Positions 18,856 to 28,039 of a stretch of 64,000 nt of DNA are shown in pieces. The notes under the pieces were generated by a model. That model saw only the letters and a list, made by a program, of their open reading frames with translations. It ran no database searches and was not told the DNA's origin. Positions within the stretch are counted from its first letter, which is position 1; each line of letters starts with the position of its first letter. The DNA is from Candidatus Methanosuratincola verstraetei (GTDB taxonomy: Archaea; Thermoproteota; Methanomethylicia; Methanomethylicales; Methanomethylicaceae), in assembly GCA_049570475.1 (NCBI GenBank), contig CP186953.1, forward strand, positions 1,120,001-1,184,000. The letters are read 5' to 3'. Both the position numbers and the translations under genes were made by a program.

Positions 18856-20520
18856 ATGGGGCTGGAAGACTACCTCTCCAACAACCCGCACAGGGAGTGG
18901 GTGCTGAAGTACTTGGCAGAGAGCCTCTGGTACCCGGGAGACCTCTCCTTGGTCAGGAAGGTGACGAGCGCAGTCTGGGAGGAGCTGTCATCTATAGGAT
19001 CCCTGTACCGCGAAGATGTGGAGAGGGAAGGCTGGGATAGCGTCGAGCAGAGGCTCATCTCGCACTGGAGGCGGGACCTCTCAAGGTACAAGAACCCGGA
19101 CGAGGTCGCCTGGGGGGAGCTCAACGGCATCAACCCGCAGGTCCTCCGGATAGTCAAGGGGATATTCCCGTCCGTGAGCCACTACAGCAAGCCATCGGCA
19201 GCCGCCATGAGGGCAGAGCAGCCCGAAATACCCCCAGATTTACAGGCCCTTCCGCCGCAGAGAAAGTCGAGGAAGTACATCGCTGCAGCCACCGCTGCGG
19301 CGGTGTTGATTGTGCTAGCAGTCTACGTCGCATTCTCGCAGGGATTGCTGACCATCCCCGCCCAGAAGGCAGTCCCTGACACCGCGCCGCCCGAGATCCT
19401 TTACACGGGCCCGCCTGAGGGCGCCCAGGTAATGAACCCTGTGAAGATCATCGCCAGGTACTCCGACGACAGAATGGTCAACCTCTCCTCGGTCAGGATC
19501 TTTGTTAACGGCTCTGAGGTCGTCCCTACTAGGATCACCCTGAACGAAGTGGAGTACACCTCCGCCCTCCCGCTCGGCAGGTGCGAGGTAGCCCTCACGC
19601 TCAGCGACCTCTCGAACAACACGGCGAGCGCGACCTGGTCATTCACAGTCTCATCGTTCATGCAGGTAGTGGGATCCGCAGTCCTGGGGGAGATCAACTC
19701 CGCCAGGGCAGCGCTCGGATTGCCCTTGGTGGAACCGTCGCTTGAGTATGTGGCGGCCAACTACAGGGCACAGGACATGCTCGCGGGAGGGTACTTCAAC
19801 CACTACGACCTGTCTGGGCGCCTCCCCAACTATCACTACACCTCGCTGGGCGGCGCCTACTACATCGAGGAGAACATCGGCTACTACTACTCCCCGCCCT
19901 TGGACGCCGACCGCGCAGTCAACAGCTCCCGGGAGCTGGTCCATGACATGATCTATGACGACGCAGCGAGCGGCTGGGGGCACAGGGACTCTCTCCTCGA
20001 CCCCACCAACAACCGCGCCGAGGTGGGCGTCGCCTGGAACGGATCCCGCCTCTTCCTCGTCATCCACATGGTCAAGGAATGGGTCAGCTGGTCCAGTCCG
20101 CCGCATGTTTCGGGCGGCGTCTTCTCCTGCTCGGGCAGCCTCACCATGAACGGATCCATGCTCAAGTCCGTGGTGATCTATTACAGCGACCCGGGCGATC
20201 ACGACAACTTCTCCTACAACCCCTCTCTGCGCGTGCTCGTGGGCGAGGAGAGCTACAGCCTGGGGAGCCTGGTCGCTGGCGTGGCGCCCCCGCCGATGTT
20301 CTACCCTGGGATCCAGACGATCAGGCCGAGCAAATGGTCTGTCTCGGGGCAGAGCTTCTCGGTAGCGTTCAACGCCTCCGGTCTGGGCTCGATCGCGGGC
20401 CCTGGGCTTTACACTGTTGTCTTATATGCGTCCAATACCCTGGGCGTTCAGCATCCGTATGATCCGGATCGGTACTCCGGCGAGATCCCCGTCCTCTCGT
20501 ACACGATCCTCGTAGGGTGA
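18856..20520 (+). CDS. Membrane-anchored CAP/SCP-domain protein with Ig-like spacer
   Basis: Cytoplasmic N-domain, TM helix, DTAPP..Ig-like module, INSAR, YFNH, EENIG, WGHRDSLL. Confidence 0.75.
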   Translation: MGLEDYLSNNPHREWVLKYLAESLWYPGDLSLVRKVTSAVWEELSSIGSLYREDVEREGWDSVEQRLISHWRRDLSRYKNPDEVAWGELNGINPQVLRIVKGIFPSVSHYSKPSAAAMRAEQPEIPPDLQALPPQRKSRKYIAAATAAAVLIVLAVYVAFSQGLLTIPAQKAVPDTAPPEILYTGPPEGAQVMNPVKIIARYSDDRMVNLSSVRIFVNGSEVVPTRITLNEVEYTSALPLGRCEVALTLSDLSNNTASATWSFTVSSFMQVVGSAVLGEINSARAALGLPLVEPSLEYVAANYRAQDMLAGGYFNHYDLSGRLPNYHYTSLGGAYYIEENIGYYYSPPLDADRAVNSSRELVHDMIYDDAASGWGHRDSLLDPTNNRAEVGVAWNGSRLFLVIHMVKEWVSWSSPPHVSGGVFSCSGSLTMNGSMLKSVVIYYSDPGDHDNFSYNPSLRVLVGEESYSLGSLVAGVAPPPMFYPGIQTIRPSKWSVSGQSFSVAFNASGLGSIAGPGLYTVVLYASNTLGVQHPYDPDRYSGEIPVLSYTILVG

Positions 20521-20625
20521 AAGGGTGGACAAAACGCGGAGTTGGGAGAGGTGCTCGCCAGCGCTCCCCGTATGCAAAATGCATCTCTTTCCGACGGCCT
20601 TTCCATCTGGAGAACGACTGATCCG

Positions 20626-21213
20626 TCACGTGACCTCTACGGTGATGTCGTCAAGGTAGTACGTCATGCAAGTTTCCCAGCGCACCGAAATTCCTGCTGC
20701 GACCCACAACTCCTGAGCCTTGCCGCCGTCGATGTTGACCACGAGGCTGTACCTCTTCCACCCTGCCACCTCGTTGGCTGGTGCAAGTACTGACAGATCC
20801 CCCTCGCGCTCCGGGTCCTCGAATCCGGCATATGCGCAGACCACTGCAATCGTATTGAAGCTCTCTGATTGGCTGTAAAGACCAAATGTGATGTTGACGC
20901 GCCGCGCCCCCTCCTTCAGGAGCAATTTCCTCTCAATCCAGACTGCCCCGTCGTCCTGCCTCCCATCGATGAAGAGCTTCATGGAGTACATCCCAGACCT
21001 GGAAACATCCGTCGAGCGCGCCACATCCCAGTCTACAGGTCCGCCCGTATTCGGATCAATCGGAACGTCTGCGTCCGGATCCCATCCGCCAAATCCGGTT
21101 TCGAAGCCTTCAGTTAACCTCTCCGATGTGAAATGCGCCTGCGGGTATAAAGCCGCGATTGCACCCGCGATAAACAATGCTGATGCCAAGAGGATGATTG
21201 TTTTTGCCTTCAA
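20626..21213 (-). CDS. Secreted/membrane-anchored hypothetical protein (beta-sandwich-like)
   Basis: N-terminal hydrophobic signal, EGFE..F.GW start and YYLDDITV end typical of jelly-roll modules. Confidence 0.6.
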   Translation of the reverse strand: MKAKTIILLASALFIAGAIAALYPQAHFTSERLTEGFETGFGGWDPDADVPIDPNTGGPVDWDVARSTDVSRSGMYSMKLFIDGRQDDGAVWIERKLLLKEGARRVNITFGLYSQSESFNTIAVVCAYAGFEDPEREGDLSVLAPANEVAGWKRYSLVVNIDGGKAQELWVAAGISVRWETCMTYYLDDITVEVT

Positions 21214-21520
21214 TCACATCGCCGCGATAATTGATGATGTCCCAAAAGATAATGCTACTCATTAGTCCTTAATGTTCGCGGCGTTAGAACGCCCGACGAG
21301 GGCGATGCCTTGAGGCATGCATTTGATCCGCATGCAGTTCGGCACGACCCATGACGCTCTCTTGGCGAGATAAGTGGTGGGTTTCACCACAGCACAAGGA
21401 AATGAGTGATGAAAGCGGCTATAGGTCGCAAGCTCTTGAAGCATGCCTGGAAAGTGGGGGCAGCACTGTTGGCGACTTGGCCTTCGAAGGGGGAGGTGAG
21501 GCACTGAGGAAATGGCAGAT

Positions 21521-21676
21521 TGGTGGGCCCGTCGGGATTTGAACCCGAGATATCAGGCTTTCCGCTGGCAGGATCCGCAGGCTTCCGCCCCTGCCCCATT
21601 GATCTTCGGCATCTTTTGTGCCCGTGCTTCACCAAGAGCAGGGTCTGCGTCCTGATCCATGCTAGACCACGAGCCC
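21521..21676 (-). tRNA. tRNA-Arg(GCG) with two introns: 62 nt at 29/30 (21583-21644) and 15 nt at 37/38 (21560-21574); CCA encoded
   Basis: Acceptor GGGCTCG/CGGGCCC, T-arm TCGGG-TTCAAAT-CCCGA; removing both inserts gives CAGGC-CT-GCG-GA-GCCTG; both junctions form BHB motifs. Confidence 0.88.
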
Positions 21677-21729
21677 ACTACAGAGGTAGATATAAGGCTA
21701 ATAAATATAATATTTGGTGAGGGTCGATT

Positions 21730-21945
21730 ATGGGCAAGGTCAAGAAAGGCGAGCTCTGCTCAGTCTCCGGGTGCGGGAACAACGCAGTCCGTTCCCTATC
21801 GCCGTCCTATGCGGCTGAGATGAAGCAGGCAGGCTATGCCATAAATGAATCCGCCAGGCTCTACCTCTGCGAGCAGCACTACAAGGAGTTCAAGAAAGTA
21901 CACTCGAAGGAGGACAGGCTCGAGAAGTGGCGCCTCTCAGGATGA
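21730..21945 (+). CDS. Small zinc-finger hypothetical protein
   Basis: CSVSGC...YLCEQHY, basic 71 aa, GAGG SD. Confidence 0.75.
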   Translation: MGKVKKGELCSVSGCGNNAVRSLSPSYAAEMKQAGYAINESARLYLCEQHYKEFKKVHSKEDRLEKWRLSG

Positions 21946-22091
21946 CCCCTTTTTTCCGGAGCTCCTGCCCCGTGCAGCGCGCCGACCCCGATCACACATC
22001 TGGGCTCAGGTCAATCGTTGGGTAGCCTGTGCTGCAGCCCGTGAACGATAAGCAATAATAGACGACTGCCCTACTCTTCTCTGGGATACTG

Positions 22092-24917
22092 ATGCCCGGT
22101 CTCGACACCTTCATCCCCGACTCGCAGAAGCGCCGACAGCCTCCTCGCCCGAGCCCGAGCGGCACCCCTTCAGGCACAGGGAGGGAATCTGAGCCTCATA
22201 GAAGTCCGCGGGTCGGACGCCCCCCTCGCGGCGAAGGGGATAGGATCGAGAGGGAAGATGCAACCGAGCCCGATGAGGTGGATGCCGAGACTGAGGCTGC
22301 TGAGGCTGAAGCGGATGCTGATGCCGAAGCCGAAGGGATCCTGGCTCACGAGGCTGAGGAAGCCGAGGAGATAATTGCGCAGACCAAGTTCGAGGCCGAG
22401 ACCCCTTCGGAGACCGGGAGCTGCGTCCTCCTCTCGGTCTCCTACAGCGGTAACAGGGGGAAGGCGCTTGCAAAGCTCTACGATCTAGAGCGGCAGCGCG
22501 TGGTCTTCTGGTACGACAACACTGGGCACCAGCCGTACCTCCTGACCGACATGAGCCTCGACGAGCTCCTCTCCTCAGAGGCTGCCTCCCACCCCGGCTT
22601 CGACCCCGGTGGGTGCCGGGAGATCGAGAAGCACGACCTCCTCCAGGACAAGGCCGTCAGAATGACCAAGGTCGCAGCCAAGGACCCCACATCGGTCGGC
22701 GGGAGGGGGACCGGGATAAGGGACCTCCTCGGGGAGAGATCCTGGGAGGACAGGATCAGGTACCACGAGTGCTTCGTCTACGACAGGAGGCTCGTCCCAG
22801 GCTACTACTACCGGATCAGTGGTGGATCGCTCGTCCCGGAGGCGCAGCCGGTCCCGATCGACGCGCTCAAGAGGGCCTTCCCTGGCGCGACCCCTGCCTT
22901 CCTCGACTCGCTCACCGAGTGGTTCCCGATATTCTCGAGCCCGGTCCCCGACTACAGGAGGGTCGCAATCGACATCGAGGTCGAGACCGAGGTCCAGGAC
23001 AGGGTGCCCGACCCCCAGGTGGCCGCCAACCCTGTCATATGCGTCTCGGCTGCTGGGTCGGACGGGAGGAAGCAGGTCCTCATCCTTCGGAGGGAAGGCT
23101 TCGACGGCGACCGGGGGGGTGCCGAGCGGCCGAAGGAGCTCCCAGAAGACGCCTCCCTAGTCTACTTCGACAGGGAGATCGACCTGATAAGGGAGGTCTT
23201 CCAGCTGCTCGTCGACTACCCGATAGTCCTTACGTTCAACGGCGACAACTTCGACCTCCACTACCTGTGGAAGCGCGCCCAGGTCCTCGGGATGAGGAGG
23301 GAGGAGATCCCGATAGTGATGGGCAGGGAGATCGCCCTGCTCCCCGTGGGCGTCCACGTCGACCTTTACAAGTTCTTCCACAACCACGCCATCCAGATCT
23401 ACGCCTTCGGGAACGCCTACAAGGAGCTCACCCTCGACGCGATCTCAGAGGCCCTGCTGGGGATCAAGAAGATACAGCTGGAGAAGAGCATAAACGAGCT
23501 CGACTACCTCTCCCTCGCGAACTACTGCTTCAGGGACTCGCTGATAACCCTCCGCCTCACGACCGAGCACTCGAGCCTCGTGATGAACCTGATAACGCTC
23601 ATAATGAGGATCTCCCGGGTCTCTATGGAGGACGCGACGCGGCAGGGGGTCTCGAGCTGGATCAGGAGCCTCTTCTACGACGAGCACAGGAAGGGGAACT
23701 ACCTGATCCCTAAGAAGGAGGACATCAGCCTCGCGAAGGGCGGATCGTCGACGACCGCCGTGATTAAGGGGAAGAAGTACAAGGGGGCCCTCGTGATTAA
23801 GCCCGAGTCCGGGGTCTTCTTCAACGTCATCGTCCTCGACTTCGCTAGCCTGTACCCGAGCATCATCTCTAGGTGGAACCTTAGCTACGAGACGGTGAGG
23901 TGCCCCCACCCCGAGTGCAGGAAGAACCTCGTGCCCGACACCGACCACTGGGTCTGCACCAGGCGCGTCGGTATGATGGCACACGTTGTTGGGCTGCTCA
24001 GGGACGTCAGGGTGAGGTGGTTCAAGCCGAAGTCCAAGGATCCTTCGCTTTCTGATGAAGAAAGGGGGTACTACAAGGTAGTCCAGCAGGCTTTGAAGGT
24101 TTTTCTGAATGCCTCTTACGGCGTCTTCGGAGCCGAGATCTTCCCGCTCTACTGCCTCCCCCTCGCAGACAGCACGACCGCAATCGGCAGGAGCATCATC
24201 ACGGAGACGATAGAGAAGGCAAAGGGGCTCGGCATGAAAGTCCTCTACTCCGACACCGACTCGATCTTCCTCCACCAGCCAACGAAGGAGCAGATCTCCT
24301 CGCTCCTCTCCTGGGCTGAGTCGAAGTTCGGGATCGACCTTGAGATCGACAAGCGGTACACCTTCGTCACCTTCTCCGGGAGGAAGAAGAACTACCTCGG
24401 CGTCCTCGACAGCGGAGTCGTGGACATAAAGGGGCTGATGGGTAAGAAGCGCAACACTCCCCCTTTCATCAAGAACGCGTTCGTCGAGATGACTCAGGTC
24501 CTCAGGGAGGTGAAGTCCCCGCAGGACTTCGAGGCAGCGAAGTCAAAGATCAAGGCGATCGTCCAGCGGTGCTACAGCGACCTGAAGGCAAGGAGGATAC
24601 CGCTCGACGACCTGGTCTTCAAGGTGATGATCTCGAGGCCGCTCGACAGGTACGACAAGACCACGCCCCAGCACGTCAAGGCAGCGAAGCTCCTCGAGGA
24701 GAAGGGGAAGGAGGTGAAGCCCGGAGACCTGATCTCATTCGTTAAGGTCCAGGGACCGCTGGGGGTGAAGCCGGTCCAGCTCGCGAGGATCGACGAGGTG
24801 GACGTCGATAAATACGTCGGGCACATCGAGAGCACTTTCGGGCAGGTCCTCGAGGCCCTGAACATAGACTTCGAGGAGATAGTCGGCGTGAAGCGGCTTG
24901 ACTTCTTCTCGAGGTAG
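22092..24917 (+). CDS. polB1: Family B DNA polymerase, PolB1 type
   Basis: WYDNTGHQPY, DIEV (ExoI), TFNGDNFD, DFASLYPSII, KVFLNASYGVFG, YSDTDS, KKNY. Confidence 0.95.
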   Translation: MPGLDTFIPDSQKRRQPPRPSPSGTPSGTGRESEPHRSPRVGRPPRGEGDRIEREDATEPDEVDAETEAAEAEADADAEAEGILAHEAEEAEEIIAQTKFEAETPSETGSCVLLSVSYSGNRGKALAKLYDLERQRVVFWYDNTGHQPYLLTDMSLDELLSSEAASHPGFDPGGCREIEKHDLLQDKAVRMTKVAAKDPTSVGGRGTGIRDLLGERSWEDRIRYHECFVYDRRLVPGYYYRISGGSLVPEAQPVPIDALKRAFPGATPAFLDSLTEWFPIFSSPVPDYRRVAIDIEVETEVQDRVPDPQVAANPVICVSAAGSDGRKQVLILRREGFDGDRGGAERPKELPEDASLVYFDREIDLIREVFQLLVDYPIVLTFNGDNFDLHYLWKRAQVLGMRREEIPIVMGREIALLPVGVHVDLYKFFHNHAIQIYAFGNAYKELTLDAISEALLGIKKIQLEKSINELDYLSLANYCFRDSLITLRLTTEHSSLVMNLITLIMRISRVSMEDATRQGVSSWIRSLFYDEHRKGNYLIPKKEDISLAKGGSSTTAVIKGKKYKGALVIKPESGVFFNVIVLDFASLYPSIISRWNLSYETVRCPHPECRKNLVPDTDHWVCTRRVGMMAHVVGLLRDVRVRWFKPKSKDPSLSDEERGYYKVVQQALKVFLNASYGVFGAEIFPLYCLPLADSTTAIGRSIITETIEKAKGLGMKVLYSDTDSIFLHQPTKEQISSLLSWAESKFGIDLEIDKRYTFVTFSGRKKNYLGVLDSGVVDIKGLMGKKRNTPPFIKNAFVEMTQVLREVKSPQDFEAAKSKIKAIVQRCYSDLKARRIPLDDLVFKVMISRPLDRYDKTTPQHVKAAKLLEEKGKEVKPGDLISFVKVQGPLGVKPVQLARIDEVDVDKYVGHIESTFGQVLEALNIDFEEIVGVKRLDFFSR

Positions 24918-24946
24918 CAACGATCCCAGCTGCATAAAAAAGGAGT

Positions 24947-25096
24947 TTAGCTTGCCATTCCAGCCCTGTCATACCTGAGCAGGTTGAAGAACCTGAGCTG
25001 GAGTATCGCTTCCTTGTACTCTGCCTTCAGCTCCTGCTTCATCCTGAGCATGTCCGCCCTGGTATTGCTGTACTTCTTGCAGCCTTCCAACCGCAT
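24947..25096 (-). CDS. Small hypothetical protein, 49 aa (below ORF-track cutoff)
   Basis: MRLEGCKKYSNTRADMLRMKQELKAEYKEAILQLRFFNLLRYDRAGMAS; host-like codon usage, AT-rich TATA-like element upstream, T-tract downstream. Confidence 0.6.
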   Translation of the reverse strand: MRLEGCKKYSNTRADMLRMKQELKAEYKEAILQLRFFNLLRYDRAGMAS

Positions 25097-25405
25097 CTGG
25101 ACCACAAAATACCCTACAGGACAAGGCTTAAAAATTTATCCCACCATCGCCCCCGGATGTTTTTCTGTGCAAGGAATTCTGGAATATCACATTAAAGCTT
25201 AAGCTCAACTTGCCAAATTCGAAAGTCCCGCATCGGGCTATTTTACCAGATCAAAAGGGCGAACCCTTGGAGACGCTGTTAGTCCTAGGAGCACATACCG
25301 TCTGGCGCTCCTAGGTGCATACATCGCATTAAAAACCCAAGTTATATTTAAATCCAAATGATTAATATATGTAAGCTAGGAAATAAAATATTAAAGTTGG
25401 TCATC

Positions 25406-27433
25406 ATGTCAAATAAGGAATCTTCAATACTGGCTTTCGTCTTATTGGCCATAATTTCCATTCAACTGGTAGCCAGTGGATCCTCCGTTTATGCTGCAGT
25501 GCAAGCGCCAACAAAATTGAAAATCTACGTCGGTCCCCCGAAAGTGCTTGCTGACAATAATGTCTATGAGACGATCTACGTCCAGCTCCAGGACTCGAAG
25601 GGTTTGCCTGCCAGGGCTAACCGAGACATCGAAATCTACCTCTCCTCATCCTCGATTTACGTAGGCACGGTTGATCCAATGATTACTATCCGGGCTGGAG
25701 AAACTTACGCCGTAGCCAAGTTCTATTCGACATACACGCCGGGAACCACCACGATAACGGCGACAGCCTCGGGGTTCGAAACTGTTATGGCATCCATGAC
25801 GACCGTAGGTCCAGTCCCCTACAAGTTGGTAGTCTACGTCCTCCCAGAGTTCCTTCCCGCTGACAACCGGCAGTACACCGCAGTGGTCGTCCAGCTCCAG
25901 GACTCCGGCGGCAATCCTGCTAAAGCTCCTATTGGGAATGTGAACGTAAGCCTCTTCTCGTCGAACACTACAGTAGGCACAGTGGAACCATACGCGATCA
26001 TCCCTAGCGGCAGCACTTACGTTATTGCCAAATTCAATACTACAAACGTAAACGGATCCACGACCGTCACTGCTATAGCATCAGGCTATGTAACTGGATC
26101 AGCAACGGTTAAAACACAATATTACAGTATTGAACCAGCCACCAAGCTTGCGGTTTACATTTCCCCCCAGAAAGTGCCTGCCGACGGCATCTTTTACGAC
26201 ATAGTGGCAGTCCAACTCAAGGACTCGAAGGGCATAATAGCTAACGCCACCAGCAATGTTGTTGTCAGCCTCTCCTCGTCCAATATAGGCATAGGCACAG
26301 TCACCGAGTCGATAACAATACCTACAGGACAGACATTCGCGATTGCAAGATTCAATTCAACCTTCAAGTCTGGCTCAACAACAATTACTGCTGTGGCGAC
26401 CAATCTAACAAGTGCCAGTCAATCGATAACGACGGTCGGGCCAGTCCCCTCAAAACTTTCCATCTACTGCGTCCCTTCAAGCCTTCCCGCTGACAACCGG
26501 CAGTACACCGCAGTGGTCGTCCAGCTCCAGGACTCCGGCGGCAATCCTGCTAAAGATCCAGAGGGCGACGTCTTGGTCGACCTCTTCTCCTCGAAGCCCG
26601 ACTTTGGAATACCTGCCCCCCGCCTGGTTATTCCATACGGAACGACTTACTCAGTTGCAACTTTCAATTCAACCTTCCTCGCAGGCTCAACCGACCTGAC
26701 TGCCCAGTCTGCAGGCTACTATTCAGCTCAGGCGAGAATGACAACTAGCCTGATAGACGAGATCCCATTGACAGTTACGGTATCAGCGGAACCAGGGACG
26801 ATCGACTCTGAAGCAAAATCTACGATAAGGATTTTGGTGAAATTTAACAACACCGCTCCAGCCACAGGAGTGACCGTTAAACTGTCCTCTAACAACGGCG
26901 GCACGTTCTCAGCTGTCACGAATGAGTCAGATGGTCAATATTCCGCCGTTTTCACAGCTCCCAAAGTTAACTCAAATACCATGATTACGATCACTGCAAA
27001 CGCTACGAAGACCGGGTACATTACTGGATATGGAAGCACCACAGTAATAGTTACAACAGTCATCCAAAGGGGGAGCCTACGCCTGTACGTCAGGGACGGT
27101 TCTGGAAACCCCGTAAGTGCAGCCACAGTTACCTCGACCTCCCAACCGAGTGGCGCATCCCCTGTCTCCTCCACCACAGATCAGAACGGTCTCGCGAGCT
27201 TCAATGACATCGTAGCGGGCACATATGTCTTCAGCATCGCTAAAGAAGGCTATGAAACAAAGAGCGTTACGGTAAGCGTTAGCGCAAACCAAACATCGAC
27301 TTTCACAGTAGCCATAGCAAAGGTCGAAACGCTGTCCTCGGATCTCTTGATATTTATCGCCGGAATCGTAATTGCAGCCTTCGTGGCGGGTACAATAATA
27401 TTCATGCTGATGAGGCGCAGAAAGAGGAAATAG
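25406..27433 (+). CDS. Cell-surface protein with invasin/Big-1-like Ig repeats and C-terminal TM anchor
   Basis: Signal peptide, four ~105-aa repeats (KL.VY..P...PAD......VQLQDS.G), Ser/Thr-rich, TM plus RRRKRK tail. Confidence 0.8.
   Translation: MSNKESSILAFVLLAIISIQLVASGSSVYAAVQAPTKLKIYVGPPKVLADNNVYETIYVQLQDSKGLPARANRDIEIYLSSSSIYVGTVDPMITIRAGETYAVAKFYSTYTPGTTTITATASGFETVMASMTTVGPVPYKLVVYVLPEFLPADNRQYTAVVVQLQDSGGNPAKAPIGNVNVSLFSSNTTVGTVEPYAIIPSGSTYVIAKFNTTNVNGSTTVTAIASGYVTGSATVKTQYYSIEPATKLAVYISPQKVPADGIFYDIVAVQLKDSKGIIANATSNVVVSLSSSNIGIGTVTESITIPTGQTFAIARFNSTFKSGSTTITAVATNLTSASQSITTVGPVPSKLSIYCVPSSLPADNRQYTAVVVQLQDSGGNPAKDPEGDVLVDLFSSKPDFGIPAPRLVIPYGTTYSVATFNSTFLAGSTDLTAQSAGYYSAQARMTTSLIDEIPLTVTVSAEPGTIDSEAKSTIRILVKFNNTAPATGVTVKLSSNNGGTFSAVTNESDGQYSAVFTAPKVNSNTMITITANATKTGYITGYGSTTVIVTTVIQRGSLRLYVRDGSGNPVSAATVTSTSQPSGASPVSSTTDQNGLASFNDIVAGTYVFSIAKEGYETKSVTVSVSANQTSTFTVAIAKVETLSSDLLIFIAGIVIAAFVAGTIIFMLMRRRKRK
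25852..26555 (+). repeat. 74-bp perfect direct repeat (25852-25925 and 26482-26555)
   Basis: ccttcccgctgacaaccgg...gcaatcctgctaaag identical in both copies, 630 bp apart. Confidence 0.95.
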
Positions 27434-28039
27434 CACGCCAGTCGCAAGTGCTAATCGGATGATGCAAGCGACCGGATGGGTGAACCTGGACCGGGCGGGG
27501 ACGCCCATACCCGACAAAGCAAAGATCGCCGAAAAGCCCCGGTTCGCCCTCTTTTTACCAAAGCTGCAGTCTTTATGCATACCTTCCGCCAGAGATCCTT
27601 CCAGTAACTAGTCATCCCATTGTGCCTTTTGTTGGGTGCGGTCTTTACCCTTCTAGGTTCAGCCTCTTGCAGGAAGTGTGATGCCTTGTGATCTGCTTTA
27701 TTACTTTAGGATAGGAAAATTTGTAACCCCAAAGTAATGATCCGCTGCCTACTTATTAGTCAGCTCCCGCGCGAATTCCCTTGCGCCCTCCAGGTCCTTC
27801 ACGCAGCAAACACTGGCGTACCCTGCCTCTCCGGCGCTGCCAAAAATCGATCGCAAAACGACCTAGGCTGAGGAGGAGTACTGGGCATCCTCCAGCGTTC
27901 AGCCTTAGAATGTGGGGCGCAACTCGTCTCTAGTCCTGTGGCGGATTTGCCCGTGTCATGTTTATATACTGACGGCGCAAGATAAAACCCATTGTACCAG
28001 AACCGTCCGTCAGGAAATCAGCAAAAAGAGGCGAATCGG

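Noticed and set aside
21583-21644. Box C/D guide or nested intron inside tRNA-Arg(GCG) intron 1
   Set aside because: Only degenerate TTGGTGA and CCGA boxes, no room for D'/C', and no strict nested BHB could be built
23085-23150. Possible in-frame BHB intron in the PolB1 loop REGFDGDRGGAERPKELP
   Set aside because: Best fold gives a 2-nt bulge and no exon-side helix; the frame is intact and looks like an ordinary variable loop
24245-24262. PolB1 YSDTDS instead of YGDTDS as a sign of inactivation
   Set aside because: Catalytic aspartates and all other polymerase and exonuclease motifs are intact
25286-25317. CCTAGGAGC/GCTCCTAGG inverted repeat as an H/ACA RNA or IS end
   Set aside because: No pseudouridylation pocket, K-turn or partner repeat; a single 9-bp stem is insufficient evidence
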